DNA from: Selaginella moellendorffii
Taxonomy: Eukaryota; Plantae; Lycopodiophyta
DNA: 64,000 nt
Direction of reading: 5' to 3'
Assembly (NCBI RefSeq): GCF_000143415.4
Contig: NW_003314263.1
Location: 157,350 to 221,349, forward strand
Shown here: positions 22,593 through 36,030 of the stretch, in pieces
How the letters are laid out: every line of letters starts with the position of its first letter
How positions within the stretch are numbered: position 1 is the stretch's first letter
Notes under the pieces: generated by a model
Databases searched by the model: none
Told to the model about the DNA's origin: nothing
What the model saw: the letters and a program-made list of their open reading frames with translations, nothing else
Translations under genes and position numbers: made by a program

Positions 22593-23242
22593 CTTTTGTA
22601 AACCTTGTAATAAATCTTGCAAATTAATAAGGTCATATATTTCTATAAATCAAAGTGTCATTTCTCTCATTCGATAGTACTTGGGTCAGTTTTGGCAGGC
22701 TGACTTCGGCACTTCGGTGCATGGGTCCAATCCATAACCATGGGGATAACTATTATAGACTAATCACAAGTCCCCACCTCTCTCTTGATGTCTCATTTTT
22801 GAAAAAGGGCGTGGTCGTGTAAACAACTTAATCTGCTAGTTTATAATAGTTCTCTAAATCTTCCCGACAGGGTTGATTTCTTGCTTAGGGGAAGTTGGGC
22901 CTCTGGCCTTCTCCCTATGTCCCTACGGGCAGGGATGTATCATTCCTTTGTAAGCCGAGTGGTACTCGGAGCAGCAAGGGTGGCTAACTTCGTTAGTCAT
23001 TTCCTTGTCGGCAACAGCCGGAGGGTGTCTGAGTCTTAACGTCTTTGGACGTAGAGGAGAGGTTGTTCCATCACTCATTTAAGTCGGTGTGTTTCCCATA
23101 TAGTGTGCTTTCCATTAACTTTCAGAGTTGTTTCCTTGATGGTTTGCTAGACTCGGGTATGCATCGACGAGGACGTCGATCTTCCCCAAGGGGGGAGAGT
23201 GTCGCGAATGTGACTTTGGGTATCAAAAGATACTGTCGATAC

Positions 23243-26203
23243 CTATCCTGAGCTTTTGCCCATCGCCTCAGTAGCTCTAGACCAACCTTGGCGTAGCTGC
23301 TCCGCATAAGTCTCAACGGCTGGGACCAACACTTCGGTCATTGGTTTTGGTACAACAATCTGTTGAGGAACCCCACGAGCATTCCCTTGCAGCATCTCCC
23401 ATGGAGAACAGCCTATAGCGCTGTGAAATGTGTTGTTATAACATATTTCTGCTGTATCCAAATGCTCAACCCAATCGCGTTGGTCCGCCGCGACATAGTA
23501 CCGCAGATAATCCTCAACTTGAGCATTCACACGTTCGGTCTGCCCATCAGTCTGAGGATGATAAGCCGTACTAAACTTTAACTTGGTACCAAACAACTGG
23601 AACAGTGTGCCCCAAAACTTCCCCGTAAACCTCGAATCTCTATCCGAGATCATCTCTTCAGGAAGACCACAAACCCGCACTACTTCATGGAAAAAGAGCT
23701 TTGCTGCTTGTTTCGCATTCACTGTTCCCACAGTTGGAATGAAGTGTGCAATCTTTGACAACCGATCCACAACCACCATCAAAGTATCATAACCCTTAGA
23801 CTTCGGCAAGCAAGTGACGAAATCAAGTGTCACACTTTGAAATGGCCATGCCGGTGCTGGAATGCACTGCAACTTCCCAGCCTGCTTCTTAGTTTTGCGC
23901 TTACATTGCTGGCATATAGGGTAGGAATGGACATAGTCTGCTACATCACCTTCCATACCAGACCAGAAAAATCCCTTTTTCAATGAAGCCAGAGTCTTTC
24001 GCTGTCCACCATGTCCCGCTGCTGGAACATCATGATGTTCCCGCATAAATAACTGCTGCAAATCCTTAGAGGGAAGATACAATCTTTCTTGCTTATAGAA
24101 TATAAGCCCATCCCGAACTGAGAAGTGAAGCTTCGCATTAGTGTGACTAGCAACTTTCGCTGCTTCGCTACCAAGGCTCTGCTTCAACAACCCCGCACGG
24201 CATAAGATTGCCTTCGCTAATGGATCACTTCCATACCAAGCCCAAACGTCCTCCAACCAGTCTGAACTGATTACTGATATTGCCCGGAATTGAGCTTGAC
24301 AACTCCACGCATCCGGAACAATATTGTCTTTACTAGGTTTATATATGATTTCAATATCATATCTAGCAAGCTTCTCTTGCCAACGAGCTTGCTTTGGCAT
24401 TAGCTTAGGCTGCATTGCAAAGTAGCTTAGTGTGTTACTATCCATATAAACCTTGGTTTGTCCACCCAAGTAGTGTCTCCAGTGTTCCAGGGCCGACACT
24501 ATAGCAAACATCTCTTTCTCATGCGTTGGCCATCTTCGTTGGGTCTCATCCAATTTCTTGGAATAGAACGCAACAGGACAACCATGTTGCCTTAGCGTAA
24601 CATCAACCTCTTTGTCACAATCTTGCTGCAACATGGCACCGATAGCATAGCCAGATGCATCACAGTGCACTTCAAAGAGTTTATCAAGATTTGGGATCCT
24701 GAGAACAAGAACCGTAGTCAAGATGTCCTTCAACTGTACAAAAGCATGCTGACAAGCTGGTGTTCAATGAAACAGAATACTACTCTTCGTCAACTCAGTC
24801 AACAGAAGAGCAATTCTTGCAAAATTGCGGACAAACTTGCGATAGTATCCCGCCAAACCGAGAAAGGAACGAACATCTGATACAATGGTCAGGACTTCCC
24901 AGAACTTCACCGCTTCCACCTTCTTTGGATCAACTTCAATCACGCCACCATCAACTATATGTCTGAGAAAGTTTACGCGCAGTTGACCAAAAGCGCATTT
25001 ACTTTCCCTAGCATACAGTTTGTGTTCGCGCAACTTCTGAAACACCAGCTCCAAGTGTTTCAAATGATCCTCTAATGTTTTGCTGAAGACTAGAACATCG
25101 TTGATATATAGGACAACAAATGTGTCCAGATAATCTCCAAATATTCTATCCATCATAGTGTTGAACGTTGCCGGAGCATTGCATAACCCGAACGGCATGA
25201 CAAGGAACTCATAAGATCCGTACCGAGTCTTAAAGGCTGTCTTCTCCACATCCTGATCCATCACCCGTATCTGATGATACCCGGATCGCAAATCAAATTG
25301 CGTAAAATACTTAGCCTTTAAGAGTTGGTCAAACAAGTCATCAATGCGAGGCAAAGGATAATTGTTTTTAACCGTGATCTTGTTGAGTGCCCGATAGTTA
25401 ATACACATCCTCATGGTTCCATCCTTTTTTATAACAAAAAGGACTAGCGCTCTATAAGGTGACTTGCTTGGTCGGATATGACCTTTGTCAAGAATCCCCG
25501 TGAGTTGCTTCTTGAGTTCAGCCATCTCCTTGATGTTCAACCGATATGGAGCTTTCGTAGGTGGTTTAGAACCCGGAATAACCTCAATCCGATGATCAAC
25601 TTCATGGCTAGAAGGTAGCCCTGGTGGCAAATCCTTTGGGAAGATATCCTGATTCTACACCAACAACTTCAATATCTTCTTTGGTACAAGATCAACCCCG
25701 TCACCAATTTGAACTGAGTCACCAACACTCTCAGCTTCCATCACTTGAACCCAGAAGGTCTGACATCCCCTTTTAGCTGCTTTTTGAGCGGCCCTCGCAG
25801 TTAGGAACTTTGCATCCCAATCCTTTGAGGAACGCTTTTGCAACTGAAAGGATACATCAGGAAGTCCTTCTGACTTCAACGTGATACAACTTTGTCCAGC
25901 ACCATAAATCCCTTTTATATACTTGTTGAAGAAATCCATACTAAACACCATCTGAAAATTTGGTATCTTCAACACTACCAAGTCCACTCTTTCTTTCCAC
26001 TTGGATATCTTTAATGGAACATCACTCACAAACTTTTTGGCTACTTGCCCACCTTCCGCAAACCGGAAGTGCATAGGTGACATTTGCTTAGCATTCAATC
26101 CTAACAACTTAACTAAGTCTTCGGATATCACGTTGTGCGTAGCTCTCGTGTCAATCATCAATTGGATTCGGTGTCCATGGACAAAGCCTATCAGATACAT
26201 CAA
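23243..26203 (-). pseudogene. pol: pol: protease (26203-25655), RT (25630-24764), RNase H-integrase (24733-23243), broken by stops
   Basis: LMIDTRATHNVIS; [29 protein letters not shown] (degenerate YIDD); VHCDASGYAIG; TLDFVTCLP, ISDRDSRF, YHPQTDGQTER. Confidence 0.95.
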
Positions 26204-26236
26204 CGGATCAATGTTTGCATTGACTGTAAGAAAAGC

Positions 26237-27543
26237 TTAAGGAAAGAAACGAAAGTTACTCACCTCTTCTTCCTCATAGTCTACATTGACCAACTCGTCA
26301 ACCCCTTCAGCTTCACCACCACCGTCTTCCCTCATGACATTAACCCGAGATCTTATCTTATGCTTGTTGGGACATTCCGAGGACCTATGTCCCGACTCTC
26401 CACAATGGAAGCAATGACCCACACTACTGTTCCGCTAGGAGCAGGTTTTGCAGGTTGCTGCTGCTTGTACCCACAAGGAAGAAGAAGCAATGACCCACAC
26501 TACCTGTTCCGCTAGGAGCAAGTTTTGCAGGTTGCTACTGCTTGTACCCACCAGGAAGAAGAACCGAGGGCCTAGGACCAGAAGAAGCTGCTGGTGGTCT
26601 CCAACCACCACCACCTTTGTTAACCGTTGTTTGTGAGCCTCTAGGGCGAAACCTACTTTCAACCCTCTGTTTCCGATTCTAGGAATAAAAATTCCTAGAA
26701 TTTTTATTCTTATCCGAGTTACTAGCATACAATTGCTGATATTGTTCCATGAGCGAGTGACTAAAGGCAACTTGTTGCGCTGCCTCCTTACACTCCAGGT
26801 ATGCCTTTGGCTTAAACTTCAAAATTTTATTGTGAGAAAGTGAACTTAAACCCTCTAGAAAATAACTCCGAGCATCTTCGTCACTCATATTTGCGATCAT
26901 AATGCGCTTCTGAGCAAACGCATTAACGTAATGCATGAGATCCCCTCGCTACTTTAACTGCCGCAGCTCCGCGTGAAGTTTCAGACCAAGATCATCTAGC
27001 AAGTATTCCTTACGGATACGAGACTGCATCTTGGTCCAACTTCTAGTCTGCCCTTTTTCAGCACACACTTGGCGCCACCAAGTTTTGGCATGATCGGTGA
27101 GAAAGGATTGCACGCACGCAACTTTCGTACGATCATCTACGTCTGCCACTATGAAGTAGTTTTCCATATCGTAAACCCAGTCTTCCAAAACCTGATAGTC
27201 CCGCATGCCTCTGAAGTTGGGTGGCTTCGGAGGCTTGAACTTTGAAACTCGTGCAACTGGGGGTGGCTGCAAAACTTCATCGTCCTCAGAACTTGAAGAG
27301 GAGTCTGGTTTAGTTGCCTCAGCCTCTTTCTTCCTCTTCTTGTTTTACTTTTTCAATTTGCGAATCTCCCTTCGCAAATTCTCGATCTCAACTTCCTGAG
27401 CCGTACGCTGCAGCGCCGCAGCATCTGGTTCTTTCTCTTCTGACTCAGCCTTAGCCTTTTCCACAGCATCTCTAGCAGGAGTTTCCTCCTCTCGATTTGC
27501 CCGTCTAGAGGTTTCATCGTCATCAACACGGTTCCTCTTCACC
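26237..27543 (-). pseudogene. gag: gag, frameshifted
   Basis: KPPNFRG..LEDWVYDMENYF..FLTDHAKTWW; zinc knuckle CFHCGESGHRSSEC. Confidence 0.9.
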
Positions 27544-28359
27544 ATCCTGCTAGCTGCATGTATGTCGCTATCAGTAACTGAACATGCATACAATGTTCTT
27601 ACCAAATGGTGCAATCCAACTAATCCTACACAGGTCGCTTCAGATCTACTAGAAAAGTCTCTGCGCATGCAACTTGAGTCAGAAAATCTGACAAAAGTTG
27701 GATAGGAATCGCTGAGAAAATTCCTCGGATACCAAATGTAGCGCACTTGAACTTGGAGCCAAACTCCAAGCCCGTTATGCTACGAAACAAAGGTCCGGTA
27801 CAATCCCACTAACACCAGCTCCCCGTATCCAGCACTTGCACGCCAAATGGTGTCAGACGGAGTCTGGCACAATTTTAGCATACCGGTGGCCTAACGCGAG
27901 GAGGAGGGTACCTTACCAACTAGAGCAGCATGGAGCTTGGGCTTAGACCCAAGTCGGATGCAGAACAAGGAGCGACACAGCCCAGCGGGAGCCAAACTAA
28001 TGTCTCAGGTAGTCGAACATGCATTCTAACCAGTATCCCTACTATACATTTGGAACCCCCCCATAGCCCCCCCCCCCCCCCCCCCGCCGCCCTTGAGGAA
28101 CACATGCTTTGGGCTTTCACCCCAAGCCTCCCTTAGTACCAGGAGTTAGTCTCTGGGACAAGCTCGAAATTTACTAAATATGAAATGTCTTTAGATTGCG
28201 CATTTGGACACAAGACGAACACCATTGTGTTCAAGCCAATCTCTACATTCCATAGATATGCCAAATGAGCTAATCTAGACACTTTTCATAAATAGCATTT
28301 GGGACAGAAACGAGACCAACACAAAAGGCGTGATAGCGAGGGTGTTTGGCAGACACGGT

Positions 28360-30298
28360 TGTGAGACACAAAATCACTAGGCCCCAAAGTGGAACTGGAG
28401 GGGCGCCACGTGGTAGTGGCCGAAGCAAAAGCCAAACAAGCGTAACACGTTTGGACTAAAAGCTCCACCTTGAAAGGTCGAGAGCGGGAGTGGAACTCCC
28501 AACGAAGTGCTCGAGGAACAAGCACAAAGAGAGCAATAAGCGAGGCTCCAAAAAGGGACCCAAAAGGACCAACACATGACACATGGAAGTGTCCGAGATG
28601 GACCTGAGATGGAGTCCGAGATGGAGTCCGAGATGGAGTCTGAGATGGACCCGAGATGGGACCCAAGATGGACCCGAGATGGAGTCCAAGATGGAGTCCG
28701 AGAAGGACCCAAAATGGAGTTCGAGGTGGAGTCCGAGATGGAGTCCGAGATGGAGTCCGAGATGGACCCGAGATGGAGTCCGAGATGGAGTCCGAGGTGG
28801 AGTTTGAGATGGAGTCCGAGATGGACCCAAGATGGGACCCAAGATGGACCCGAGATGGAGTCCGAGGTGGAGTCCGAGATGGAGTCCGAGATGGAGTCCG
28901 AGATGGATCCGAGATGGAGTCCGAGATGGAGTTTGAGATGGAGTCCGAGATGGACCCAAGATGGGACCCAAGATGGACCCGAGATGGAGTCCAAGATGGA
29001 GTCCGAGAAGGACCTGAGATGGAGTCCGAGGTGGAGTCCGAGATGGAGTCTGAGATGGACCCGAGATGGAGTCCAAGATGGAGTCCGAGATGGACCCGAG
29101 ATGGAGTCCGAAGTCGAGACCGGGACTAAGACCGAGACCGGGACCAAGACCGAGACCGGGACCGAGACTGAGACCGAGATCGGGACCGAGACCGAGACCG
29201 AGGCCGAGACCGAGGCCGAGTCCGAGTCCGAGTCCAAATCCGAGTGTGAGTGCGAGTGCGAGTGCGAGTCCGAGTCCGAGGCCGAGTCCGAGTTCGAGTC
29301 TGAGAGGGTGAAAGCCCAAAGTGTTCGTCTCCCAGACCCTGGGGGGTTTGGTGAGCTCCAAAAGTATAGCAGGGGGAGGACTGTAGTGGAGCCAGTTTGG
29401 CCAGAAAAGGCCAGTTTGGCCCAGGAAGGCCAGACCCAGTGTTGGGTGATGAGCTGCCCACTAGGAAGTCCAAGACTAGAGTGAACACGGACCGACAAGC
29501 GGGGTAGCTTGGTGAAGTGTTCAAGAGCCGACTCTAGTTCCCCTGGGAGATCGACTGGCTGATGCTCCCAGTCCAAGTGTGGATGGCACTACCTACTTGG
29601 ATACCTGGTGTGGCTCAACGGAACCTCGCTCTAAGCCCATGGCTAGAGCACCCAAGGGCAGAAGGCGAGGAGAGTACCCACGAGGCCCGCGTAGGGCCAC
29701 AGTGTTCCGAAACGTTGCCCCAAAGTCCCAGACTGTGGAAAGGAAGAGGAGAAGCCCTCTAGTGTGGTGACAAGGGACACAGCCACACAGTAAGGAAGTC
29801 CTAGAGGATAGTTGGACTTAGTGGTCGGGCCTGTGGGCCTTGATCCAGTGGCAGTGTTGGCAAACACGGCCATGGACAGAAAGGGACTTGGTGGGGACCA
29901 GAAAGGAGATATTGGGGAAGGCTATTTCCCATGTCTGTGGGCATCCTAAGGATGCTAAGGAGTGGATCTGGGATGACCACTCTTGGACAGATAGCCCAGT
30001 CTTGGAGAGACGGGATTGCAATGCAGGTGGTGTTGGACCACCGATGTGACCAAGATGATTGGGCATGGCCTAGCGTAACGGGCGGGTATGTTGGTGGTGC
30101 CTTGGGGTGTCGGTCAAGGGATCGGACACGTGGAGCACTTGGACCAAGTGCAAAAGTTGGATAGCATGGATGCCATTCGCGGGGCTAGCAAGCCCCAAGT
30201 TCTGAATGGGACTTATGGAGGTTGTGAATGAGACTCCTCCAAGTGGTCGGAGGTGCGGTTAAGTGACTAAAGTAGAATGGAAAAATTAATCGCTTACA
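28360..30298 (+). mobile_element. Solo LTR of family A (1.94 kb) inside the family-B 5' LTR
   Basis: TGTGAGACAC...CGCTTACA; TSD ACGGT/ACAGT; empty site visible as reverse complement at ~21715-21740. Confidence 0.92.
28595..29300 (+). repeat. Hexamer-based minisatellite (GAGATG/GAGTCC/GACCC) within LTR A; also at 36265-36800, 42200-42565, 49805-50065, 54695-54925
   Basis: Direct reading; explains the many low-complexity ORFs in all six frames. Confidence 0.95.
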
Positions 30299-31149
30299 AC
30301 AGTAAGCTATCATCCAGCGATATTGAGGGACTAGTCTCAATATGCGAGGGTTTTTGCTAAGCTAGTGCAAGACAGAGTAAAAGAGAACTAAGAGCCAGGC
30401 CGAGAATGCTTAGCTAAAAACACATAGGAGTTCCTACCTTATGTCCATTTGGCTAAGTACAGATGCTAAGCCCAGTAAACTAACACTTGGATAAAAGGGG
30501 CTATTGAAGGGAATCAGCAGTACTGACCTCCTGCCGTCATGGCAGTAAGGAAAGAGTGCCCGTAAGGACTGGTCGACAAGTATCTTTCGATACCCGAAGT
30601 CACATTTGCGACACACCGACATATCAACTCGTTACACTAGGCCATGCCCATTCACCTTGATCACATCGGTGGTCCAACACCACTTGCATTGCAATCCTGT
30701 CTTTCCAAGACTAGGCCATCCGTCCATGAGTGGTCATCCCAGATCCACTCCTTAGCATCCTTAGGATGCCCACAGACATGGGAAATAGCCTTCCCCAATA
30801 TCTCCTTTCTGGTCCCCACCAAGTCCCTTTCTGTCCATGGCCGTGTTCGCCAACACTGCCACTGGATCAAGGCCCACATACCCAACCACTAAGTCCTACA
30901 GTCCTCTGGGACTTCCTCGCCGTGTGACTGTGTCCTTGGTCACCACACCAGAGGGCTACTCCTCTTCCTTTCCACAGTCTGGGACTTTAGGACAACATTT
31001 CGGAACACTGTGGACCTATGCAAGCCTCATGGGTACTCTCCCTGCCTTCCGCCTTTAAGTGCTCTAGCCATGGGCTTAGAGCAAGGTTCTGTTGAGCCAC
31101 ACCTGGTATCCAAGTAGGTAGTGCCACCCACACTTAGACTGGGAGCATT

Positions 31150-31831
31150 GACCATTTCATAGCACCTATTCATCGACGATCATCTAAAGAGCTCAAGATT
31201 TTATGTTTAAATGTCAAGGAGATGTTGGAAAAGGGAGTTATTCGAAAGTCACGGAGTCTTTGGGCATATGAACCTCTTGTAACAAAGCCTGATAGGCATA
31301 TTCATTTTTGCATCAACTATCGTTTTGTAAGTGACAATCTTGGATATGTATCTTCTTCCTCACATTGCTGATCTCTTGAATCGTCTGGGGAGAAGTTATT
31401 GGTTCACTAAGTTAAATCTTGTTTTTGGGTATTGGCAAGTACCGATGGTGAAAATATTCCCAAAATGGCTTTTTGTACACTGTTTGGTTTGTATAAATTT
31501 TTAGTGATGTCGTTTGGTTTGAACAATGCTCTAGCAACTTGCAATGGATGATGGACAAGATTCTTTGTGATATACTAGACGTAACTGCTGACTTTATCGA
31601 TGATGTTTTCATCCACTCGGAGGGGACATGAGAGGAATAAATCCGTGATGTTCATAAAGTGTTCGATCAACTATGAGAAGTTGATTTAAAGTTAAAGTAG
31701 TCGAAGTGTATGTTTAGGTCCAAAGGCACAACTTATCTTGAGTACTACATTTCTTATAAGGGTTTGCAATTTAATTCTGAAAAACTTGTGGCTATTCTAA
31801 AATTCCCCACTCCAAAGTGTATAAATGATGT
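31150..31831 (+). pseudogene. pol: Ancient gypsy RT fragment (5' part)
   Basis: Relics HFCINY, YWQVP, FGLNNA, FIDDV, KFPTPKCINDV; continues at 55160. Confidence 0.8.
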
Positions 31832-33943
31832 TGTAAGTGACTAAATTTTCCATTCTACTTTAGTCACTTAACCACACTTCCAACCACTTGGAAAACTCTC
31901 ACTCACAACCTCTATAAGTTTTATTCCAAAATTGGGGTTTGCTATCCCCAAAAATAGCATCCATGCCACTCAACCTTTACACTTAGTCCAAGTGCTCCAC
32001 GTGTCCGATCCCATGGTCGACACCCTAGGGTATCACCGACATATCACCCCAGTACACTAAAGCCATGCCTATTCACCTTGGTCACACCGATAGTCTAACA
32101 CCACCTATCTCACAGTCCTGTCTTTCAAAGATTGGGCCATCCGTCTATGAGTGATCATCCCAGATCCACTCCTTAGCATCCTTAGGATGTGTAGCACACG
32201 TGGTTTTGACCCTTTATTCTATGGTGATTTACCATAGGATAACACTACGAAGCAGAACCTAAACCTTCTTTATGCCACGTGACACATGCCACATGTCATA
32301 TGCCACATGTCCAAAGGACAGTGGTGGGGAACCTGAGGTTCAGGGCCTTAGGCCACTGAACGAAGAAACGGTGCCAAACTCCCAAGCATGGAGCCAAGGA
32401 GTGACGGAACCACACCACAAAGTAACTCCTGAGCATAAAGCTCAAGGAGCGAAGGGACAGGAGCCCGGAGCGATTTGGAACAGTTGTAGCACATATGAGC
32501 AAATCTAGACACTTTCTATAAATAGCATTTAGGACCAAAATGAGACTAACACAAAGGGCATGATAGCGAGGGTGTTTGGCAGACATGGTAAGCTATCATC
32601 CAGCGATATTGAGGGACTAATCTCAATACACGAGGGTTCTTGTCACTAGCCAGTGCAAGACATAACGAGACGGGAATTCCTTACTGGGCTAAGTATGCTT
32701 AGCTAATAGCACGTAGGAATTCCGTCCTTATGCTCGTCTGGTCTAAGTACACTCGAAATGCCCAGTTAACTCCACTAGCACAAGAGGGGCTACTAAAGGG
32801 ATCCAACTATACCGATCTCCTGCCGTCATGGCAGTAAGGAAAGAGTGTCCGTAAGGACCGGTCGACAAGTATCTTTCAATACCAAAAGTCACATTCGTGA
32901 CACTCTCCCCCCCTTGGGGAAGATCGACGTCCTCGTCGATGCATACCCGAGTCTAGCAAACCGTCAAAGAAACAACTCCGAAAGTTAATGGAAAGCACAC
33001 TATGTGGGAAACACACCGACTTAAATGAGTTATGGAACTACCTTTCCTCTACGTCCAAAGACGTTAAGACTCAGACACCCTCCGGCCGTCACCGACAAGG
33101 AAATGACTAACGGAGTTAGCCACCCTTGCTGCTCTGAGTACCACTCGGCTTACAAAGGAATGATACATCCCTGCCCGCAGGGACATAGGGAGAAGGCCAG
33201 AGGCCCAACTTCCCCTGAGCAAGAAATCAACCCTGTCGGGAAGATTTAGAGAACTATTATAAACTGGCAGATTAAGTTGTTTACACGACCATGCCCCTTT
33301 TTCAAAAGTGAGTCATCGAGAGAGAGGCGGGGACTTGTGATCAGTCTATAATAGGTATCCCCATGGTTATGGATTGGACCCATGCACCGAAGTGCCGAAG
33401 TCAGCCTGCCAAAACTGACCCAAGTAAGAACGAACGAAAGAAACGACACTTTAATTTATAAAAATATATTACTTTATTAATTTGCAAGATTTATTACAAG
33501 ATTTACAAAAGCTAGTTTTTATTACAATTTTCATACTCCGTGACAAGCTCACGAGCATGTATAAGATTCCTAAGAGGTTCCCAAGTTGATTCACAAGTCA
33601 GGTAACCTTTCCACTTAACTAGATATTCCTTCACACGAGCCCGTCTCCGGAACCGGGAATCTAAGATAGTTTCCACTTCGTATTCAGGTTTACCGTCCAC
33701 AGGTTTACCGTGGTGGTGGACGAATCTCCCCTTGACATGCAATATCCATAGTATAAGGAGCCAATAGATTGGCATGAAATACATTATGAACATTGGACAT
33801 CTCAACAGGCAGATCCAACCGAAGTGCCGAAGTCAGCCTGCCAAAACTGACCCAAGTACGAACGAACGAAAGAAACGACACTTTAATTTATAAAAATATA
33901 TGACCTTATTAATTTGCAAGATTTATTACAAGGTTTACAAAAG

Positions 33944-36030
33944 CTATGTTTTATTACTATTCTCATACTCCGTGACAAACTCACGAGCATGTGTAAGATT
34001 CCTAAGAGGTTCCCAAGTTGATTCACAAGTCGGGTAACCTTTCCACTTAAATAGATATTCCTTCGCATGAGCCTGTCTCCGAACCCGAGAATCTAGGATA
34101 GATTCAGCTTCATACTCAGGTTCACCATCCATGATTATTGGCGAAGGACGCATATCCGTAGAGAGTTCCACAGCAGGAAAATATGGTGCCAGTAAACTAA
34201 CATGAAACACATCATATAGCTGAGATAACTCATCTGGAAGATCCAACTTATAGGATACATCACCAATACGTTTTAGCACCCGATAGGGTCCAACATATCT
34301 CAGCAAGAGCTTCCGAGACAAAGAACCCTTAATGTTCAAGTTCCGGGAAGATAGCCACACTTGATCTCCCACTTGATAGGATACATCCCGACGATGCCGA
34401 TCCTTATCACGTCGATACCTATCCTGAGCTTTTGCCCATCGCCTCAGTAGCTCTAGACCAACCTTGGCGTAGCTGCTCCGCATAAGTCTCAACGGCTGGG
34501 ACCAACACTTCGGTCATTGGTTTTGGTACAAAAATCTGTTGAGGAACCCCACGAGCATTCCCTTGCAGCATCTCCCATGGAGAACAGCCTATAGCGCTGT
34601 GAAATGTGTTGTTATAACATATTTCTGCTGTATCCAAATGCTCAACCCAATCGCGTTGGTCCGCCGCGACATAGTACCGCAGATAATCCTCAACTTGAGC
34701 ATTCACACGTTCGGTCTGCCCATCAGTCTGAGGATGATAAGCCGTACTAAACTTTAACTTGGTACCAAACAACTGGAATAGTGTGCCCCAAAACTTCCCC
34801 GTAAACCTTGAATCTCTATCCGAGATCATCTCTTCAGGAAGACCACGAACCCGCACTACTTCATGGAAAAAGAGCTTTGCTGCTTGTTTCGCATTCACTG
34901 TTCCCACAGTTGGAATGAAGTGTGCAATCTTCGACAACCGATCCACAACCACCATCAAAGTATCATAGCCCTTAGACTTCGGCAAGCAAGTGACAAAATC
35001 AAGTGTCACACTTTGAAATGGCCATGCCGGTGCTGGAATGCACTGCAACTTCCCAGCCTGCTTCTCAGTTTTGCGCTTACATTGCTGGCATATAGGGTAG
35101 GAATGGACATAGTCTGCTACATCACCTTCCATACCAGACCAGAAAAATCCCTTTTTCAATGAAGCCAGAGTCTTTCGCTGTCCACCATGTCCCGCTGCTG
35201 GAACATCATGATGTTCCCTCATAAATAACTGCTGCAAATCCTTAGAAGGAACATACAATCTTTCTTGCTTATAGAATATAAGCCCATCCTGAACTGAGAA
35301 GTGAAGCTTCGCATTAGTGTGACTAGCAACTTTCGCTGCTTTGCTACCAAGGCTCTGCTTCAACAACGCCGCACGGCATAAGATTGCCTTCGCCAATGGA
35401 TCACTTCCATACGAAGCCCAAACGTCTTCCAACCAATTCGAACTTATTGCCGATATTGCCCGGAATTGAGCTTGACGACTCAATGCATCCGGAACAATAT
35501 TGTCTTTACCAGGTTTATATATGATTTCAATATCATATCTAGCAAGCTTCTCTTGCCAACGAGCCTGCTTCGGCGTAAGCTTAGGCTGCGTAGCAAAGTA
35601 GCTTAGTGTGTTACTATCTGTATAAACCTTGGTGTGTCCACCCAAGTAGTGTCTCCAGTGTTCTAGGGCTGACACGATAGCAAACATCTCTTTTCTCATG
35701 CGTTGGCCATCTTCGTTGAGTTTCATCCAATTTCTTGGAGTAGAACGCAACGGGACAACCATGTCACCTTAGCGTAACACCAACCGCTTTGTCACAATCT
35801 TGCTGTAACACGGCACCAATAGCATATCCAGACGCATCACAATGCACTTCGAAGGGTTTATCAAGATCTAGGATTCTGAGAATAGGAACCGTAGTCAAGA
35901 TCTCCTTCAACCGTACAAAAGCACGCTGACAAGCTGGTGTCCAATGAAACGGAATACTACTCTTCGTCAACTCAGTCAACGGAAGAGCAATTTTTGCAAA
36001 ATTGCGGACAAACTTGCGATAGTATCCCGC
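33944..36030 (-). pseudogene. pol: Second chromovirus pol 3' half (RT end, RNase H, integrase, chromodomain), with a duplicated chromodomain/3' UTR at 33380-33700
   Basis: Highly similar to 23243-24853 and 22133-22592; interrupted at 36031 by LTR A; its 3' LTR end is at 32902 with PPT. Confidence 0.92.

Larger units (their letters stand above)
21330..30613 (-). mobile_element. Ty3/gypsy chromovirus (family B), full length but rearranged, inserted in a family-A LTR
   Basis: TSD CACCG (21325-21329, 30614-30618); 5' LTR 27737-30613; PBS TGGTATCCGAGG (reverse complement, ~27723-27734); polypurine tract (PPT) GGGGGAGAG at ~23190; order gag-PR-RT-RH-INT-chromodomain. Confidence 0.92.

Noticed and set aside
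28377-29576. Long ORFs (300-440 aa) in several frames here and at 35764-37074, 41926-42622
   Set aside because: They are translations of the stop-free hexamer minisatellite in LTR A, not proteins
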